NCBI GenBank assembly: GCA_963778645.1
Contig: CAVZVH010000026.1
Span: 787,841 to 851,840 of the forward strand
Source: an uncultured Chloroflexia bacterium
GTDB lineage: Bacteria > Chloroflexota > Limnocylindria > Limnocylindrales > CSP1-4
Reading direction: 5' to 3'
DNA length: 64,000 bases
Position 1 is the first letter of the stretch, and every line of letters starts with the position of its first letter. The translations under genes and the position numbers were made by a program. This document shows, one piece after another, positions 16,454 through 27,638 of this stretch. The notes under the pieces are model-generated. The model ran no database searches. It was not told where the DNA came from and was given only the letters and a program-made list of their open reading frames with translations.

Positions 16454-18547
16454 TCAGACCAGCCGGCGCGGGATCCGTTCCTGCCACGATCGTTCGAAGA
16501 GCCGCTCGCCGTCGAGGTCGACCTCGAGCTCGACCGACAGGTCGAAGGCGTCGGCGTCGCTGGTCTGGACGCTGTGCGCGCGGATGTCGATCTCGTGCTC
16601 GATCTCGTGCCAGCGATAGACGACGTCCGCCTCGAGTCGCGCCGACGCCGGGTCCTTGTCCGACGCCGTCAGCCGCAGCGTCTCCGCGGCGTACAGCCGG
16701 CGACCATCCTCCAGCACGTCCTCGCCGCCGTCGTGGATCGTGACCGTGACCATGCCGGCGATGACGTCCTCCTCGATCCGCCACGCCGGGACGTCCCACG
16801 CGCCTTCGCCCCCGACCGACCGGACGTCGGGCGGGGTCGTCTTGAACGGCGGCACCGGCACGTCGCCCGGGCCGCCTGCGGGCGGGATGACCGGGAGGCT
16901 CAGTCCTGATGGCCTGGTCGAGCCGCGGTGGACCTCGAACGTCGCCGGGGACGGCGACGGCCAGATCACCGGCCATGCCGACGATGCGACGGAGATGCGG
17001 ATCCGGTGTCCCGGCTCGAACCGATAGCCGGCGTGCCGCATCGGGATCCGGACCGCCTCGACACGACCCGGCTCCAGCGGCTCGGGATGCTCGTCGGATC
17101 GCCGGTGCGTCAGGTTCAGGATGCCGGCACTGACCTGTGACGAGGTCCCGTCCGGGGCGACATCGGTCAGGCGAACGACCGCAGTCGCGACCGGTGCCGA
17201 GACCGCGAGGTGGAGGACAACGACCGGCTCCCCGAGGATCGAGATCGGCTCGTCGAGCGGATCGCTCGTGTAGGTCGGGCCGAGGGACTCGTCCGGCCGC
17301 AGGTCGCGCGCCAGGCCGTTCGGGATGCCGCCGGCGCCCCACGACAGCGCCGCCCGGGTCCCGATGGTCGCCCGATGGACGAAGCGTGTCGACGCCATCG
17401 CCGAGACCCGGACCGGGATCGACCAGTCGCCCGACCTGCGGGAGCGCGCCGCCGTGGAGTCGCCACGACCGCTCCTCGGCTGCCGGGTGGGGGAACGCCG
17501 ACGTCGCCCGCCACCGACCCGGCCACGACTCGGGGAACGGCTCCGGTCGGCGAGTAGTCGCGCTCGAACCAGACGACGGCCGGTTCATCGTCGAGCCCGT
17601 TGCGCTCGTCCTTCAGCCAGCGATCGAAGAAGCGCGCGACCTCGTGGAGCTCGTCGACGTTCGGCCCCGGGTATGGAGTCGTGTGGCCAGCCATGGACCC
17701 AGTTGCCGACGAGCGTCCGCGACGGCGCCGTGCAGCGCGCCTGCATCCGGAATGCCGAGTCGACATAGGCGTCGCACCAGCCGCCGACATTGAAGATCGC
17801 CGCCTCGATCGCATCGTAGTCCGGGGCCAGCGAGCCCGGTCGCCAGTACGGGCCGTCGGTCTGGTTGCGCAGCCAGGCGATGAGCCAGGGCGGGGTCAGC
17901 TCCAGGCGCGTCCGCCATTCGTCGAGCCAGCCGTCGCCGCGCAGTCCGACGTCGGGCGGCATCGCGTTCATCGCCACCTGGCTGACGCCGTACTGGGACA
18001 GCTCGCTCGCGGTCACGCAGCCGCCGATGTAGTGGACGTCGGTCCGGTACCGGTCGTCGGTGCCCTGGAACGGCGCGATGGCGAGGAGATGCGGCGGCCG
18101 CAGCTTGGCGACCTGGATCGCGGTGAAGGCCCCGTAGCTGATGCCCCACATGCCGACGGCGCCGCTGCACCAGGACTGGGCGGCCAGCCACTCGACGGCG
18201 TCGTACCCGTCGCGGGTCTCGACCTCGGTGTACTCGTCCATGGCCACGCCGGCCGACGACCCGGTGCCGCGCACGTCGACCCGAACGAAGGCGTAGCCGC
18301 GCGCCGCGAACCACTCCCCGCGCGCCGTGTCGGCGTTGCGCCGCCAATTGTCCTTGCCGTACGGGATCAGCTCGAGGATGGCCGGGAACCGCTGACCCGG
18401 GTGGTCGTCGGTCGGCGCAGCCCGCCAGATGTTGGCCGAGAGCTCCGTCCCGTCGCGGGTCGGGATCCGGACGTCCAGGTCGACGTTGACGGCATGGACG
18501 GGTTGGCTGGCCGGACGGGCGGTCGCGGCGTCGGGCGGCGTGGTCAC
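16454..18547 (-). pseudogene. CocE/NonD-family (X-Pro dipeptidyl-peptidase S15-like) hydrolase, at least 3 frameshifts
   Basis: N-terminal part is in ORF 17585..18823: 'ILELIPYGKDNW', nucleophile motif 'GMWGISYGAF'. It continues in 17167..17814 ('NVDELHEVARFFDRWLKDE'), then 16443..17588, then 16454..17398 (C-terminal beta-sandwich). Confidence 0.85.
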
Positions 18548-18615
18548 GGTCGCGAGTCTACGGGCGGGCCGTGCCGCGAGGACGGCGCCGCCCGCCGCAT
18601 GCGACGATGCCGGGC

Positions 18616-19209
18616 ATGGACGACGAGCCGGTGCCGAACCGGCCCGTGGACCCGCCGCTCCCGCCGGGTCGCCTACGAGAACCCGTGGCTCACCGTCTGG
18701 CACGACGAGGTCGCCCGGCCCGATGGCGAGCCTGGGATCTACGGCGTCGTCCACTTCGCGAACGTCGCGGCCGGCGTCGTCGTCATCGACGGCGAGGACC
18801 GCGTGGCGCTCGTCGGTCAGCATCGCTACACCCTCGACGAGTACGGCTGGGAGATCCCGGAGGGCGGCGTGCCCGATGGCGAGGACCCCTGACCGGGGCG
18901 CAGCGCGAGCTGCGCGAGGAGACCGGGGTCGAGGCCGCCGAGTGGCATGAGCTCGCCCGCGTCCACCTCTCGAACTCCGTTACCGACGAGGTGGCGTTCC
19001 TCTACCTCGCGACCGAGCTTCCGGCATGGCGCGGCCGACGCCCGATGGCACCGAGGAGCTCGAGATCCGCTGGGTGCCGTTCGAACGAGGTGCTCGCGAT
19101 GACCCTGGACGGTCGCATCACCGACGCGATGAGCGTGGTCGCGATCCAGCGGGTGGCGTTGGCGCGCCTGGCCGCGGCCGCCGCGCCAGACGGCCCGTCG
19201 CCTCAGTAG
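18616..19209 (+). pseudogene. NUDIX hydrolase (ADP-ribose pyrophosphatase-like), at least 4 frameshifts
   Basis: The Nudix box is split by a frame switch: 'GGVPDGEDP' | 'LTGAQRELREETGV'. 'YENPWLTVWHDEV' also present. Pieces lie in ORFs 17600..18892, 18571..19209 and 19026..19547. Confidence 0.8.
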
Positions 19210-19582
19210 GTCTCGACGCGGACCGGGGTCAGCTCGAAGTCCCGGACGTTCCGCGTCAGGACGGCGGCGTCGACGTCGTAGGCCGTCGCCGCGATCAGGG
19301 CGTCCTGCAGCGAGAGCGTTCGCCCCTGGCGCTTAGCTCTGCACGCCACTCGCCGGCTTGCCGTGCGGTCGACGGTCCGGCGTGGACGTACTCGACGTAC
19401 CGCAGGAATCGTTCGATCGCCGACGCATCCTGTGGGCGGCCACCGGCCCAGACCTCGGACACGACGATGCTGGTGACGATCGGATCGTCACCGGCGAGAT
19501 GGAGTCGGCCGAGCCGTTCGATGGCGGCCGGCTCGTCGCGGAGATGATCGATCACGAACGTCGAGTCCAGCATGACCTTCAC
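19203..19582 (-). pseudogene. vapC: PIN-domain toxin VapC, one frameshift near 19320-19335
   Basis: 'MLDSTFVIDHLRDEP...IVTSIVVSEVWAG', then after a frame switch '...RTLSLQDALIAATAYDVDAAVLTRNVRDFELTPVRVETY*'. GTG 19582 overlaps the vapB stop (GTGA). Length is 380, which is 3n+2. Confidence 0.8.
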
Positions 19583-19842
19583 GACCGCTCCTCCCACGGG
19601 TCGCGGCCCTCAGCTCGCACGGCGCGGACCCACTCGACGACGGACTCCGACGTCGGAAACGACGGGTGATCCTTCCAGGCCCCAGCGGTTGCCTTGGCGT
19701 CGGCGTACCAACGATCACGCCGGATCTGGCGCTCCAGCACCTCGGTGACGTAGCGGCTCCGCCCCCGCGGACCCGCGACCTCGTCGATCGCTTCGACAAG
19801 CTCCTCCGGCAGCATCAGGTTCGTGCGCACGTTCATGCGCAC
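19579..19842 (-). CDS. vapB: Ribbon-helix-helix (CopG-like) antitoxin VapB
   Basis: 'MNVRTNLMLPEELVEAIDEVAGPRGRSRYVTEVLERQI', directly upstream of and overlapping the PIN gene. Confidence 0.8.
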   Translation of the reverse strand: MRMNVRTNLMLPEELVEAIDEVAGPRGRSRYVTEVLERQIRRDRWYADAKATAGAWKDHPSFPTSESVVEWVRAVRAEGRDPWEERS

Positions 19843-19867
19843 ACCTTAGCACACGGTCGTGCGCACG
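19822..19867. promoter_or_regulatory. Candidate VapB operator: two copies of the perfect 10-bp palindrome CGTGCGCACG
   Basis: CGTGCGCACG occurs at 19822-19831 (inside the first vapB codons) and at 19858-19867 (just upstream), centre-to-centre 36 bp. A related 'ATGCGCAC' lies between them. Confidence 0.55.
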
Positions 19868-19954
19868 CAGCGGCTCCACCGACGCGATCGGCGGCGCCCG
19901 CCTGGACCGGAACGCGCCGGCCGACGGCGCCAGCCAGCCCTACCATCGGGCCTG

Positions 19955-21133
19955 ATGCGACGCGAGTGGGACCTCATCGTGGTCGGCCTCGGCGCCCTCG
20001 GTGCCGGTGCGGCGTACTGGGGATCCACGCGTCCAGGCGCCCGCGTGCTCGGCCTGGAGCGGTTCGAATTCGGCCACGCCAACGGCGCATCCGCCGACCA
20101 CAGCCGGATCATCCGCCTCTCGTATCACCGGCCCGACTACGTCCGCCTGGCGAAGCGCGCCTACGAGACGTGGGCCGACGTCGAGGCCGAAGCCGGTGAT
20201 GCGGGTCGTGACGGTCACCGGCGGGCTGGACCTGTGGCCGACCGATCCCGCCATCCCGAAGGCCGACTACACCGAGAGCCTCGAGGCGGAGGGCGTGCCG
20301 TTCGAGCTCCTCGACGCCGCCGAGGTCATGCGCCGCTGGCCGCAGTGGCGGCTCGGACGACGGCACGACCGCCATGTTCCAGGCGCAGGGTGGGCTGGCC
20401 GATCCGTTCAAGGGCAACGCCGCACACCTCCGCCTCGCGGCTGGGCGCGGCGCGACGCTGCTCGACCGCTCGCCGGTCACCGCCATCCGCCAGATCGCCG
20501 GCGAGGTCGAGGTGGACGCCGCCGGGACCACGCATCGCGCCGGGCATGTCGTCATGGCCGCCGATGCCTGGACGAACGACCTGCTGGCACCGTTCGATCG
20601 GCGAGCTGCCGCTGACCATCACGAAGGAGCAGGTCACGTACGTCGCCGCGCCCGACCCGACCGCGTTCGCGCCGGATCGTTTCCCGGTCTGGATCTGGAT
20701 GGACGACCCGTCGTTCTACGGCTTCCCGACCTACGGCGAGGCCGGTCCGAAGGCCGCCCAGGATTGCGGCGGCCAGCCGACGACGCCGGAGACGCGCACG
20801 TTCGAGCGCGACGAGCTCGCCCATCGCCGCGTCCGCGACTTCCTGGCGGCGCACCTGCCGGGCGCGGTCGGGCCCGACATCTACACCAAGACCTGCCTCT
20901 ACACGCTGACCCCGGACCGCGACTTCGTCGTCGATCGCGTGCCCGAGGCGCCGGGCGTGACGGTCGCTGCTCGGCGCGGCCCACGGCTTCAAGTTCGCCT
21001 CGGTGCTTGGGCGCATCGCGGTCGAGCTCGCGTTCGACGGCGCGACGCCGTCGGCGCCCGAGACTCGAGCGCTTCCGGATCGACCGGCCGATCCTGCTCG
21101 AGGCCGAACCCGACGACCTCCTGGATGGTCTAG
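19955..21133 (+). pseudogene. Monomeric sarcosine oxidase / N-methyl-L-tryptophan oxidase-like FAD oxidase, at least 5 frameshifts
   Basis: 'WDLIVVGLGALGAGAAYW' (GxGxxG) and 'GASADHSRIIRLSYH'. It continues through ORF frames 20001.., 20374.., 19859.., 21003.. and 20374.. ('GGLADPFKGNAAH', 'VVMAADAWTNDLL', 'PLTITKEQVTY', 'FPVWIWMDDPSFYGFPTYGE', 'GAAHGFKFASVLGRI'). The 3' end is approximate. Confidence 0.8.
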
Positions 21134-21235
21134 AGGCGCGTGGTGCGAACCGCTCTTGCGCCGGTCCGCGGCCTGTGCCAACGTACCGCCACTCGAAGCG
21201 GACAGATCGGCGGTCCGGGGAGGCGACGGACCCCG

Positions 21236-23192
21236 ATGGAGGAGATTCGAATGCGACTTCCCCTGCGCGCGCGCTTGGCACGAGTCCTCGGAGCGGGGGC
21301 CCTCACGGCGGCCCTGCTGCTCCCGGGGGCCGCGCCCGCCACGGCCGTCACGGCCACCGATCCCGTCGTGCTCCGGGTCGGCACGACGCAGGACCTCGAT
21401 TCGCTGAATCCCGTATGCGACCATCCTCGTCGTCGGCTACGAGGCGTTCGGCCTGACCTACAACTATATGACCGATTCGGCCCGAACCTCGAGCCGGTCC
21501 CGGGCTTCGCCGAGAGCTGGGAACGGGCAGCGGACGGCCACTCCTGGACGTTCAAGATCCGGGACGGCATGAAGTGGTCGGACGGCGAGCCGGCGACGTC
21601 CGCCGACGCCTGCTTCTCGTGGGGGCTTGGCGTCGAAGCCATCAAGGCCGAGGGGTCGCTCGGTGCCGGCTACCTCGAACCGTCGATGAAGGACGCGAAG
21701 GTGACCGCGGTCGAGTGCCCCGACCCGACCACCCTGATCGCCACCACCGACGACCCGTCGGACCGCGTCCTCCAGATCGCGCTGCCGATCATCCCGAAGC
21801 ACATCTGGGGCAAGGAGACGTACGAGACGATCGGCAAGGCCAAGTTCACCCCGCCGCTCGTCGGGACCGGGCCGTATCAGGCCGTCGAGTGGCAGACAGG
21901 CCAGTTCATCCGGCTCCAGCGCAACCCGAACTACTGGGGCGATCAGGGCTTCGCCGATGAAGTCGACCTCATCATCTACAAGACCCCGGACACGATGGTC
22001 CAGGCGCTCAAGGCCGGTGAGCTCGACTACGCCCATGGACCCAACGCCGACCAGCTCAACCAGCTGAAGACCGAACCGAACATCGCGACCGTCGTCGGCA
22101 GCGCCAACGGCTGGACGCAGCTCGCCTTCAATGGCTACGGCGCCAGCACGGGCAAGACGATCCCGAACGGCGGACCATCGACCAAGGCGCTCCTCGACCC
22201 CGCGTTCCGAGACGCCCTCGGCTACGCCGTCGACCGCCAGGCGCTCGTCGACCGGGTCCTCGGTGGCTACGGCGATGTGGGCACGACGATCGTCCCGCCG
22301 GTCCTGACCAACTGGCACGTCGAACCCACCAAGACGCGGACGTTCGACATCGAGCTGGCGAAGCAGAAGCTCGACGCGGCCGGCTACCCGCTCGACGCCA
22401 GCGGGAACCGGCTCGACAAGGAAGGCAAGCCGATCAACCTGCGGATGTTCATGCCCGATTCGGATGAGAACTATCCGAAGGCGGCGCAGTTCATCGCGGC
22501 CTGGTACGGGCAGCTCGGGGTCAAGGTGACCACCCAGGTCCTGAGTTCGGCGACGCTGACCGAGAAGATCTATCCGCCGGAAGGCGGTGAGGGCTACACC
22601 GCGGACTACGACATCGAGCTGTGGGGGTGGAGCGGTGGCATCGACCCGAACGGCCTGCTCCAGATCTTCAGGTGCGACCAGATCGGCAACTCGTCGGACA
22701 GCCAGTACTGCAACCCGGACTTCGACAAGATGTACGACGACCAGCTCGTTGCGCCGACGGCCGAGGCTCGCAAGGACGATCCTCGCCGAGATGCAGAACC
22801 TGATCTACGACCAGGCCGTCTACGACATCCTGTACTACGACTCGAATACCGAGGCGTATCGCACCGACCGGTTCGCCGGCTGGGCGAACCAGCCCGAATC
22901 CAACGGCGTGCCGTTCTTCACCTACAGCACGCTCCAGTACACGAAACTGACCGACGCGACGCTCGTGCCGACGCCGGCGCCGTCCGCGGCCGCGCCATCG
23001 GGCTCCCCGGGCGCGTCGGGGGCGGTCGCCACGCCGGCACCGAGCGGGACCACCACCCCGACCAGCGGCGATGCCGGAGCGACCGGCCCGCTCCTGGCCG
23101 GTCTGGCCGCCCTGGTCGCGGTGGTAGCCGTCGGTCTGGTCTGGTTCAGCCGGCGTCGCAACGCGGCCGCGGCTGCGGACGAAGACGAGTGA
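21236..23192 (+). pseudogene. ABC peptide/nickel-type (family 5) substrate-binding protein with a C-terminal TM anchor, 3 frame switches
   Basis: Signal peptide 'MRLPLRARLARVLGAGALTAALLLPGAAPATA'. 'GFAESWE', 'WTFKIRDGMKWSDGEP' and 'GTGPYQAVEW' present. A compensating frameshift pair lies at about 21413 and about 21477. A third switch near 22770 leads into ORF 22587..23192, ending with a PST-rich linker and 'LLAGLAALVAVVAVGLVWFSRRRN'. Confidence 0.85.
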
Positions 23193-23282
23193 TCGGGTCG
23201 GCCCGCTTCGGCGGGCCACCCGCAACCCTGGACCGCGGCTGTCGTAGCCTGACCGGCAAGGCCGGATAGCCTCGCCGTCGGG

Positions 23283-24257
23283 ATGAGCGGCCGCTACCTC
23301 GCCCGAAAGGGCGTCCAGGCGATCCTCACGATCATCGCGATCGTCATCCTCAACTTCATCCTGTTCCGGATGATGCCCGGGTCTCCCGAACGCGTCCTCC
23401 TTCGCAACCAGTACCTCACCCAGGAGAAGATCGCCGAGGTCCGGGCTGAGTGGGGCCTCGACAAGCCGCTGATCCCCGATCAGCTGGTCGGCTTCACCCA
23501 GTCGACGTTGCAGGGCGACCTGGGGTACTCATTCTTCTTCCGGGGCACGCCCGTCACCGAGGTCATCTCCCAGCGCTTCTGGCCCACGATCATCCTGATC
23601 GGACTCGGTGAGCTCATCTCGATCATCGTCGGCCTGTGGATCGGCGCCCGCGCCGGGTGGAAACGTGGTGGCCTGACCGACCGGGTCGGGAGCGGGGTGA
23701 GCCTGATCATCTACTCGATGCCGTACTTCGTCATCGGGATGCCGCTGATCATCATCTTCGCCGCGGGTCTGGGCTGGTTCCCGACGTCGGGGATGCTGAC
23801 GGTCGGTGCGACCTACACGTCGCCCATCGACCAGCTCATCGACTTCACTCGACATCTCGTGCTGCCGCTCGCGACGGTGTCGCTCGGGTTGATCGGTGGC
23901 TACTCGATCATCATGCGGTCCTCCATCATCGAGACCAAGTCCGAGGACTACGTCTTGACGGCCCGCGCGAAGGGCCTCACCGACAGCCGCGTGCTCCGCT
24001 CGCACGCTTTTCCCAATGCGATGTTGCCGATGGTGACGATCATCGCCATCAACCTCGGGTACGTGGTCGGAGGTGCCATCACGGCGGAGGTCGTGTTCAA
24101 CTGGCCCGGACTAGGGACGCTCGCCGTGGACGCCCTCGCGTCGCGCGACTATCCGGTGCTCCAGGGCGTCTTCATGCTGCTGTCGATCACGGTCGTGATC
24201 GCGAACCTTGTCGCCGACGTCGTCTACGGCTACCTCGATCCGAGGGTCCGGGCGTGA
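23283..24257 (+). CDS. ABC peptide transporter permease (OppB/DppB-like)
   Basis: Six predicted TM segments. The EAA-type loop reads 'SEDYVLTARAKGLTDSRVLRSHAFPNAMLP'. Confidence 0.9.
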   Translation: MSGRYLARKGVQAILTIIAIVILNFILFRMMPGSPERVLLRNQYLTQEKIAEVRAEWGLDKPLIPDQLVGFTQSTLQGDLGYSFFFRGTPVTEVISQRFWPTIILIGLGELISIIVGLWIGARAGWKRGGLTDRVGSGVSLIIYSMPYFVIGMPLIIIFAAGLGWFPTSGMLTVGATYTSPIDQLIDFTRHLVLPLATVSLGLIGGYSIIMRSSIIETKSEDYVLTARAKGLTDSRVLRSHAFPNAMLPMVTIIAINLGYVVGGAITAEVVFNWPGLGTLAVDALASRDYPVLQGVFMLLSITVVIANLVADVVYGYLDPRVRA

Positions 24258-25222
24258 GCACGGCATCGACCCCCTCGACCCCGACGGCGGTCGCCTCGGG
24301 ACTCCGCGCCGAACGATGGCGCCTGCGGGTCAAGAATGCCCGGGGCTTCGCGCGTCGCTTCGGGGGACGAGGCGACGGGGTGGTTGGTCTCGCGATCCTG
24401 CTCGTCTTCAGCGTCCTCGCGATCGCCCCGGACTTGTTCGTCGGACCGCTCGATACGGTCATGACCGCGACCGGGACGTCCCTCGAACCGCCGTCCGCGG
24501 CGCACCCATTCGGGACCGACGAACTGGGGCGTGACATGCTCAACCTGACGGTCCACGGTGCGCGCATCTCGATGTCCATCGGGCTCATGGCGACGCTGAT
24601 CACGATCCTGGTGGGTGCCCTGATCGGCGTGGTCGCCGGCTTCGTCGGCGGCCGTACGGACAACGGTCTCATGCGCCTGACCGACTTCTTCCTGGTCCTC
24701 CCGACGTTCGTGCTCGCGATCGTCCTCGCGCCCGTCATCCTCGACATCATCGGGGTGGAGGCGGAGCTGTTCGGGTTGCGTGCGACGCTGCTGGTCATCG
24801 TCGTCGTCATCGGCCTGACGTCGTGGGCGACGACCGCCCGGATCATCCGCTCGCAGACGCTCTCGATCCGGTCGCGGATGTTCGTGGATCGCGCGCGGGT
24901 CATCGGGAGCGGCCAGGGCCACATCATGCGGCGGCACATCTTTCCCAATGTGGTGAACCTCATCGTCGCGCAGGCGGTCATCACCTTCGCGACGGCGGTG
25001 TTCATCGAGACCAGCCTTTCGTTCATCGGCCTCGGCGACCCGTTCTCGCCGTCGTGGGGCCAACTCCTCGATTCCGCTCAGAGTGCCGGTGCCCCGGGTC
25101 TCGGCGCCTGGTGGTACATCGCCCCACCGGCGGTCTGCGTCGTGCTGGTCGTGCTGGCTTTCACGCTCGTCGGGAACGCCCTTGACGACATCCTCAACCC
25201 GAAGTCGAGGACGCGCCGATGA
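24254..25222 (+). CDS. ABC peptide transporter permease (OppC/DppC-like)
   Basis: GTG 24254 overlaps the upstream stop (GTGA). 'HPFGTDELGRDML', 'SQTLSIRSRMFVDRARVIGSGQGHIMRRHIFPN'. Confidence 0.9.
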   Translation: MSTASTPSTPTAVASGLRAERWRLRVKNARGFARRFGGRGDGVVGLAILLVFSVLAIAPDLFVGPLDTVMTATGTSLEPPSAAHPFGTDELGRDMLNLTVHGARISMSIGLMATLITILVGALIGVVAGFVGGRTDNGLMRLTDFFLVLPTFVLAIVLAPVILDIIGVEAELFGLRATLLVIVVVIGLTSWATTARIIRSQTLSIRSRMFVDRARVIGSGQGHIMRRHIFPNVVNLIVAQAVITFATAVFIETSLSFIGLGDPFSPSWGQLLDSAQSAGAPGLGAWWYIAPPAVCVVLVVLAFTLVGNALDDILNPKSRTRR

Positions 25223-26522
25223 CCGACCCACGCGACGAGCTGCGCCTGGCCAATGAGCTGGCCCGTGACGAGGATCGGGCGCCCGAGCAGGACGTGGAGG
25301 AGGCCCGTGTTGCCGCGATCGCGGCCGACGCGGCGCTGGCGGCCGAGTCTTCGGCACGTGCGGCGCGGGGTCCCGGCGATTCCACGGAGACCGCGCTCCT
25401 GGCCGCCCGGGGGCGTCGCCAGTGGCCGCTGCCGAAGCAGGCCGACCCGGCTGCGCCGTTGCTCGTGGTCGAGGACCTGCGCACGCACTTCAAGCTCGAG
25501 TCCGGTTGGGTGCAGGCCGTCGACGGCGTCAGCTTCCGCCTCAACGATGGCGAGGCGCTCGGCCTCGCCGGGGAGTCCGGATGCGGCAAGACGACGACGG
25601 CCCTATCGCTGGTCCGGCTGCTGCCGTCGAACGCCCGGATCCGCAAGGGCAGCAGCATCAAGCTGTTCGGGATCGACCTCGTGCCCAAGACCGAGGACCA
25701 GCTCCGGCGCTATCGCTGGCGAGAGATCAGCATCGTCTTCCAGGGGGCCATGAACGCCCTCAACCCGGTACACCGGATCGGCGAGCAGATCGCCGAACCG
25801 ATCGAGATCCGTCTCGGGGAACCGAAGGATCGAGCTAGGCGCCGGGCCGCGGAACTGCTCGAGCTGGTCGGCATCCCGCGCAAGCGCGCCGAGGCCTACC
25901 CGCACGAGCTATCGGGCGGGATGCGACAGCGAGCGATGATCGCGATGGCGCTCGCCTGCGACCCGGCGATCGTCATCGGGGACGAACCGACGACAGCGCT
26001 CGATGTCATGGTCCAGGCCCAGATCCTCGCGCTCCTTGAACGGCTACGCCGGGAGCTCGGGCTCTCGCTGGTGCTCATCACGCACGACCTCTCGGTCATC
26101 GCCGAGACGTGCGACCGAACGCTGATCATGTACGCCGGCAAGGTCGCGGAGGAGGGCCCGGTCAGCAGGATCTTCACGGCGCCGCGGCACCCGTACACAC
26201 AGAAGCTGCTCGGGGCGTTCCCGAACATCCAGGCCGATCGGCGGAACCTGGACACGATCCCCGGGTCGCCGCCCGACCTTCGGAACCCGCCGGCCGGCTG
26301 CCGCTTCCACCCGCGATGCCCATTCGTCATGGACGTCTGCACGGACGGTCGTGCCGCCCGAGGTGGTCGTTCCCCGATGGCGTTCGCGTCGCGTGCCACC
26401 TCCACCCAGCCGGGCAGAACGGCGGCGTGCTCATCAGCGCGGCCGACGTGGCCGCCCGACGTGGCATCGCGGTCCCACGGCCCGCGGACCCGGGTCTGGT
26501 CGTGCCGGGCGTCGCGTCATGA
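25219..26522 (+). pseudogene. ABC peptide transporter ATPase (OppD/DppD-like), 2 frameshifts near the 3' end
   Basis: Walker A 'GESGCGKTT', signature 'LSGGMRQRA', Walker B 'VIGDEPTTALD', and 'CRFHPRCPFVMDVC'. The tail is read through frames 26351.. ('PPEVVVP') and 26109..26522 ('GVRVACHLHP...'). The N-terminal acidic extension of about 75 aa is unusual. Confidence 0.85.
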
Positions 26523-27638
26523 CCGAGCTGGTTCGCGTCGAAGGCCTCGAGGTCCACTTCCCGATCCGCGGTGGGCTGGTGGACACGCTTGCCCGTCGGC
26601 CCGGGGGCGTGATCCGGGCCGTCGACGGCATCGACCTCCACATCGAGCGCGGCGAGGTCCTCGCCCTGGTCGGCGAATCGGGCTCCGGCAAGACGACGAC
26701 CGGGCGTGTGATCGTCAAGCTCACCAGGCAGACGGCCGGCAAAAGTCACGTTCGACGGCGCCGACGTGTCGAACCTGTGGGGAACGAAGGCGCTGCGCGA
26801 GTACCGCCGCCGGGTCCAGCTCATCTTCCAGGATCCGTACGAGACCCTGAACCCGAAGCAGACGATCCACGACTTCGTCGCCGAGCCGCTAGAGGTCAAC
26901 GGGCTCGTTCCGCGACTGGCGGACCGCGAGACGCGCGTTCGGTCGGCGCTGGAATCGGCCGGGCTGCCGGCCGACTTCGCGTTCCGCTACCCGCACGAGC
27001 TGTCCGGCGGGCAACGCCAGCGCGTCGTCATCGCGGGCGCCCTGGTGATGGGGCCCGAGCTGGTCGTCGCGGACGAGCCGGTCTCGATGCTCGACGTCTC
27101 GATCCGCACCGAGCTGCTGCGGCTCATGCTCGATCTGCGCCACGAGCGCGGCCTCACGTACCTGTTCATCACCCACGACCTGTCGCTGGCCTGGGTCATC
27201 GCCGACCGGATCGCAGTCATGTACCTGGGGCGGATCGTCGAGATCGGGCCGGCGGACAAGGTCATCAAGTCGGCCCACCACCCGTACACCGCGGCGCTCG
27301 TGTCCGTGTCACCGACCCCCGACCCGACCGACCGGGGACGGCCCGACAGCGGACGATCCTCGTCGGCGAGACGCCGGACGCGGCCCGCATCCCGTCCGGT
27401 TGCCGGTTCCATCCGCGATGCCCGCTGGCGTTCGATCGTTGCCGGACCGAGGAGCCGCCGCTGTTCGACGTGGGTGGCGGTCAGTCAGCGGCGTGCTGGC
27501 TGGCCGAGGGAGGCCGGTCGCTGCCGGTCATGCCGACCGGGATCGCCGTGGCGGCGCCGATCCCGGCCGGCCGCGGTCGTCGGTGGATGCACGCCGCGGC
27601 GGGCCGATGCGGCGGCGGCACCGGACATGTCGCCATGA
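26519..27638 (+). pseudogene. ABC peptide transporter ATPase (OppF/DppF-like), at least 2-3 frameshifts
   Basis: The ATG overlaps the upstream TGA. Walker A 'GESGSGKTT' is in frame 26351... 'LIFQDPYETLNP', 'LSGGQRQRV' and 'VADEPVSMLD' are in frame 26766... 'CRFHPRCPLAFDRC' is back in frame 26351... The 3' end is inferred from an ATGA overlap at 27635-27638. Confidence 0.8.

Noticed and set aside
20061-20070. A 'GGTTCGAATT' T-loop-like string that could mark a tRNA.
   Set aside because: It lies inside the sarcosine-oxidase-like coding sequence ('LERFEFGH') and has no acceptor or anticodon arms around it. I found no tRNA elsewhere in the window.
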